Of a stretch of DNA of 64,000 nucleotides, positions 61,046-64,000 are shown in pieces. Position 1 is the stretch's first letter. Each line of letters opens with the position of its first letter. This DNA is from an uncultured Methanoregulaceae archaeon (GTDB lineage Archaea > Halobacteriota > Methanomicrobia > Methanomicrobiales > Methanospirillaceae). The position numbers and the translations under genes are program-made. The notes beneath the pieces were generated by a model. It did not search any database and was not told where the DNA came from. It saw only the letters and a list, made by a program, of their open reading frames with translations. The DNA lies in the NCBI GenBank assembly GCA_963705255.1, contig OY970061.1, forward strand, positions 576,001 to 640,000, in the 5' to 3' direction.

Positions 61046-61600
61046 ATGCAACAAGAAATCCGATTATATATCGAAAAACTTAGCAAAGAAAATTTTGATA
61101 ATTTAATTTATCTTCGTACAAAATTTATTGGATCAGAGACTTGGCATCTTGACATTACAGTAATAAATAGACTGAAAGAGGATGCATTTTCAAAAAATCC
61201 TAAATACGAAGCGTATTTAGGGAAAATTGGAGTGGATTGGGTGGCTTATGTAATAATTACAATGTCTTATTCGACTTTTATGGCATTGCCCAGCATTTTT
61301 GTAAATGAAATATTTGTTTTAGATAAGTTTAGGGGTCTTGGAATTGGGCGGGCAATGTTTGAATTTTGCCTAAGAAAAGCAAAAAAAAGAGGTTGCGGAA
61401 AAATTGAGATACCAGTTCGTAACCGAAATAAAAAAGCAAAAAGTTTTTTTGAATTTAACGGAGCTGTTCCGAATGATATGACCTATTATCAGATGGATCC
61501 CTTTGACAAAATAATAGGAAAACCTTCGGGAAAGATGACGTATGCGGATTTCATCAGAAAGAAAAGAACAAATAAACTTTTCCGAGTATATTTCAGTTAG
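61046..61600 (+). CDS. GNAT family N-acetyltransferase (AT-rich gene)
   Basis: YSTF...IFVNEIFV..KFRGLGIG, N.KA..FF...G (SSAT-like). Confidence 0.8.
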   Translation: MQQEIRLYIEKLSKENFDNLIYLRTKFIGSETWHLDITVINRLKEDAFSKNPKYEAYLGKIGVDWVAYVIITMSYSTFMALPSIFVNEIFVLDKFRGLGIGRAMFEFCLRKAKKRGCGKIEIPVRNRNKKAKSFFEFNGAVPNDMTYYQMDPFDKIIGKPSGKMTYADFIRKKRTNKLFRVYFS

Positions 61601-62255
61601 ATGACAATCGTTCAGCATTTTACATAACTCAAAAAAATTCGGTTTCAAAATTTGCAAATCGCACAAAATGAAGTTGTCATATATATTGCGGATTCAAGTC
61701 TGTTGTAAAATATATGAATGAATCATTTGTGTAGCAAGAACATAATGGTGAATTTACCTGCAATCTCCGAGAAATGCAAACACAACAAAACTCAGCCATA
61801 TGCTGTGTATATAATCCTACAAAATTTACTTTCTGTAAGGTGGGGATGATTCATAAAACATGTGCAAAATTGTACCGATTAACGCATATGCATCTTCTTT
61901 TCATCAGCCAGATCCGTGTGAGGTACCCATCCATTGATGTCACAAGTACGCCCCCGTACGGTTTCGGCCCTGGTCTCGACATGAAACCCGTATTCATACC
62001 CGATCGGTCGCCCATTAGCGTCCCACCTCCGGCCACCTGTGATCCGCGGGGATCGGACCGAATTTGTCCCCCGTTTTGGCGAATTTGTCCTCCAGATACC
62101 CACGGAGAGGTCAAACGGAGCCCTGCAAGGCCTTGTTTTCGGTCTGATATATATTGTTCTGTGATGTATCCTTGCGGTTATATGATATATTTTCAAAATG
62201 TCAGCATTCAGGTTCGCATGCGCCGGCCCGCCGCTGCATAGCCAAAATAAAAAAA

Positions 62256-62759
62256 TTACTTCCCGCTTGTCACCGTCTTTGACCCGCGGAGGATCCCGAT
62301 CGTCCCGGTCCGGACGAACTCCTTGATCCCGTACTGGCGCAGCAGTTTCTCTAGTGCATCGATCTTATCCTTGTCCCCTATCACTTGGAGGATCAAGGTC
62401 TTTGTCCCGACATCGACAATGGATGCCCGGAAGATGGAGGCGATCTGCATGATCTCGGCCCGGGATGTCCCGAGTTCTGCCGTTACCTTGATGAGCGCCA
62501 GCTCCCGCTCCACCCGCTCGCTGTCCGTCAGGTCGGAGACCTTGATCACGTCGATGAGCTTGTTGAGCTGCTTCATCACCTGCTCGATCTTTTCGTCGTC
62601 ACCGATGACCACGATGGTGATCCGGCTCATGTCCGGTTCCTCGCACGGCCCGACCGCAAGGCTCTCGATATTGAACCCGCGCCGGGAGAAGAGCCCGGTG
62701 ACCCGGGAGAGCACACCGGCCCGGTTCTCGACAAGGATGGATAAGGTATGCGGTTTCAT
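62256..62759 (-). CDS. ilvN: Acetolactate synthase small subunit
   Basis: LSILVEN..GVLSRV.GLFSRRGFNIESL, ERELALIKV, RTG. Confidence 0.96.
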   Translation of the reverse strand: MKPHTLSILVENRAGVLSRVTGLFSRRGFNIESLAVGPCEEPDMSRITIVVIGDDEKIEQVMKQLNKLIDVIKVSDLTDSERVERELALIKVTAELGTSRAEIMQIASIFRASIVDVGTKTLILQVIGDKDKIDALEKLLRQYGIKEFVRTGTIGILRGSKTVTSGK

Positions 62760-64000
62760 GATCGGGGGTGCCCTCCTATCATCTCGTTGATCGCAGCACC
62801 GGCCGGGACCATCGGGAAGACATTCTCTTCGCGCTCGATCCTGAAGTCCATCACAAACGGCCCGTCACAGTCAAGGGAGACCTGCAGTGCCGGGAGTACC
62901 TCGTCCGGAGATTCGACCCTTGTCCCTTCGATACCGTAGGCGTTGGCGATCTTCACGAAGTCGACCGGCGGGAGCTCGGTGAACGAATACCGGTGGTCAT
63001 AGAAGAGCTCCTGCCACTGCCGGACCATGCCAAGGTACATGTTGTTCAGGATGAGGACCTTCACTGGGATCCTGTTGGATGCAATGGTACCAAACTCTTG
63101 GATATTCATCTGGATACTGCCATCGCCGGCAATATCAAAGACCGGTACATCCGGGCGGGCAAAATGCGCCCCCATCGCGGCAGGGAGCCCGTAGCCCATG
63201 GTGCCAAGACCTCCCGAGGTTATCCAGGTGCGGGGGTTGTGGAAACAGAAGTGCTGTGCAGTCCACATCTGGTTCTGCCCGACTTCAGAGACGATCACGG
63301 CCTTGTCCCGGACAAGGTCGCTCAGTGTCCTGATAATATACTGCGGGTGCAGTGCCCCGTTCTCCGGGCATTTGAGCGGGTGGTGCTGTTTCCAGTGCTT
63401 AATCTTTTTCAACCAGATCTCGTGGGCATCACGCTTCTTTATAAGCGACAGCAGGTCTTTTAATACCGCTTTGACATCGCCGACAATAGGTACATCGATG
63501 CGCTTGTTCTTGCCGATCTCGGCCGGGTCGATATCGATATGGATGATCTTCGCATGGGGAGCGAAGGTCTCGATCTTCCCGGTCACCCGGTCGTCGAACC
63601 GTGCCCCGATCGCGATCATGAGATCGCATTCCGTCACCGCGAAATTTGCATATTCTGTACCGTGCATCCCCAGCATGCCGAGATTGAGCGGGTGATGGCA
63701 GGGAATGCACCCGATCCCCATCAGCGTTGTCGTGACCGGAATGGATGCAAGCGTAGCAAATTCCACCAGTTCGGGCGAGGCATTGGACGAGATGATGCCC
63801 CCGCCGGCATAGATGAGCGGGCGCTCTGCATGCCCGAGCAGATCAAGAGCTTTTTCTATCTGGCGCTTGTGGCCCTTGTAGGTGGGATTGTAGCCGCGGA
63901 GAGTGACTTTCTCCGGTAACTTCACATCGTCGGACAGACCGGTACTCACGTCCTTTGGGATATCGATCAGGACCGGTCCCTGCCTGCCGGTCCCTGCGAT
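62756..64000 (-). CDS. ilvB: Acetolactate synthase large subunit (5' end outside the window)
   Basis: GPVLIDIPKD, GMLGMHG, GARFDDRVTG, GLGTMGYG, GDGS, LGMVRQWQ. Confidence 0.96.
   Translation of the reverse strand: MAGTGRQGPVLIDIPKDVSTGLSDDVKLPEKVTLRGYNPTYKGHKRQIEKALDLLGHAERPLIYAGGGIISSNASPELVEFATLASIPVTTTLMGIGCIPCHHPLNLGMLGMHGTEYANFAVTECDLMIAIGARFDDRVTGKIETFAPHAKIIHIDIDPAEIGKNKRIDVPIVGDVKAVLKDLLSLIKKRDAHEIWLKKIKHWKQHHPLKCPENGALHPQYIIRTLSDLVRDKAVIVSEVGQNQMWTAQHFCFHNPRTWITSGGLGTMGYGLPAAMGAHFARPDVPVFDIAGDGSIQMNIQEFGTIASNRIPVKVLILNNMYLGMVRQWQELFYDHRYSFTELPPVDFVKIANAYGIEGTRVESPDEVLPALQVSLDCDGPFVMDFRIEREENVFPMVPAGAAINEMIGGHPRS

Noticed and set aside
61774-62241. ORFs and the GAATTTGTCC direct repeat between the GNAT gene and ilvN
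   Set aside because: Overlapping ORFs with no recognisable motifs; a 10-bp repeat in two copies is too weak to call.
55750-62255. Autonomous mobile element or provirus
   Set aside because: No integrase, transposase, att repeat or viral gene seen; only the composition shift supports foreign origin.

Overview
This window is archaeal DNA from a hydrogenotrophic methanogen; gene content and order suggest Methanomicrobiales, Methanoregula-like (inference). Core genes: cdrS-ftsZ2, cobalamin genes (cobD, cobY), RaSEA, hypC/A/E, the coenzyme F430 operon (cfbA-E-D-B), ilvE, ilvB/N, serS, tRNA-Ser(TGA) and tRNA-Glu(TTC). It also holds a Nramp-like plus split-MgtE Mg2+ uptake operon and a complete ACDS (cdhABCDE) cluster with two cooC genes and a RACo-like activator. 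About ten otherwise intact genes carry small frameshifts, most likely sequencing or assembly indels. The three most interesting signals follow. (1) A lower-GC accessory module at ~56.6-61.6 kb links a PII protein, an APC transporter, a PP2C phosphatase, a sensor-less membrane Ser/Thr kinase and a GNAT; two promoters share a palindromic operator, one copy overlapping an NrpR-type GGAA-N6-TTCC box. (2) A dispersed family of ~20 intergenic hairpins has conserved asymmetric feet (GGAGAAG...CTTCGA) but variable, still base-paired stems, arranged in clusters and tandem arrays and nested inside a second repeat family. (3) A 28-codon leader ORF with alternative RNA pairings lies upstream of the Mg2+ transporter operon. 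All calls come from reading the sequence by eye; no searches were run.
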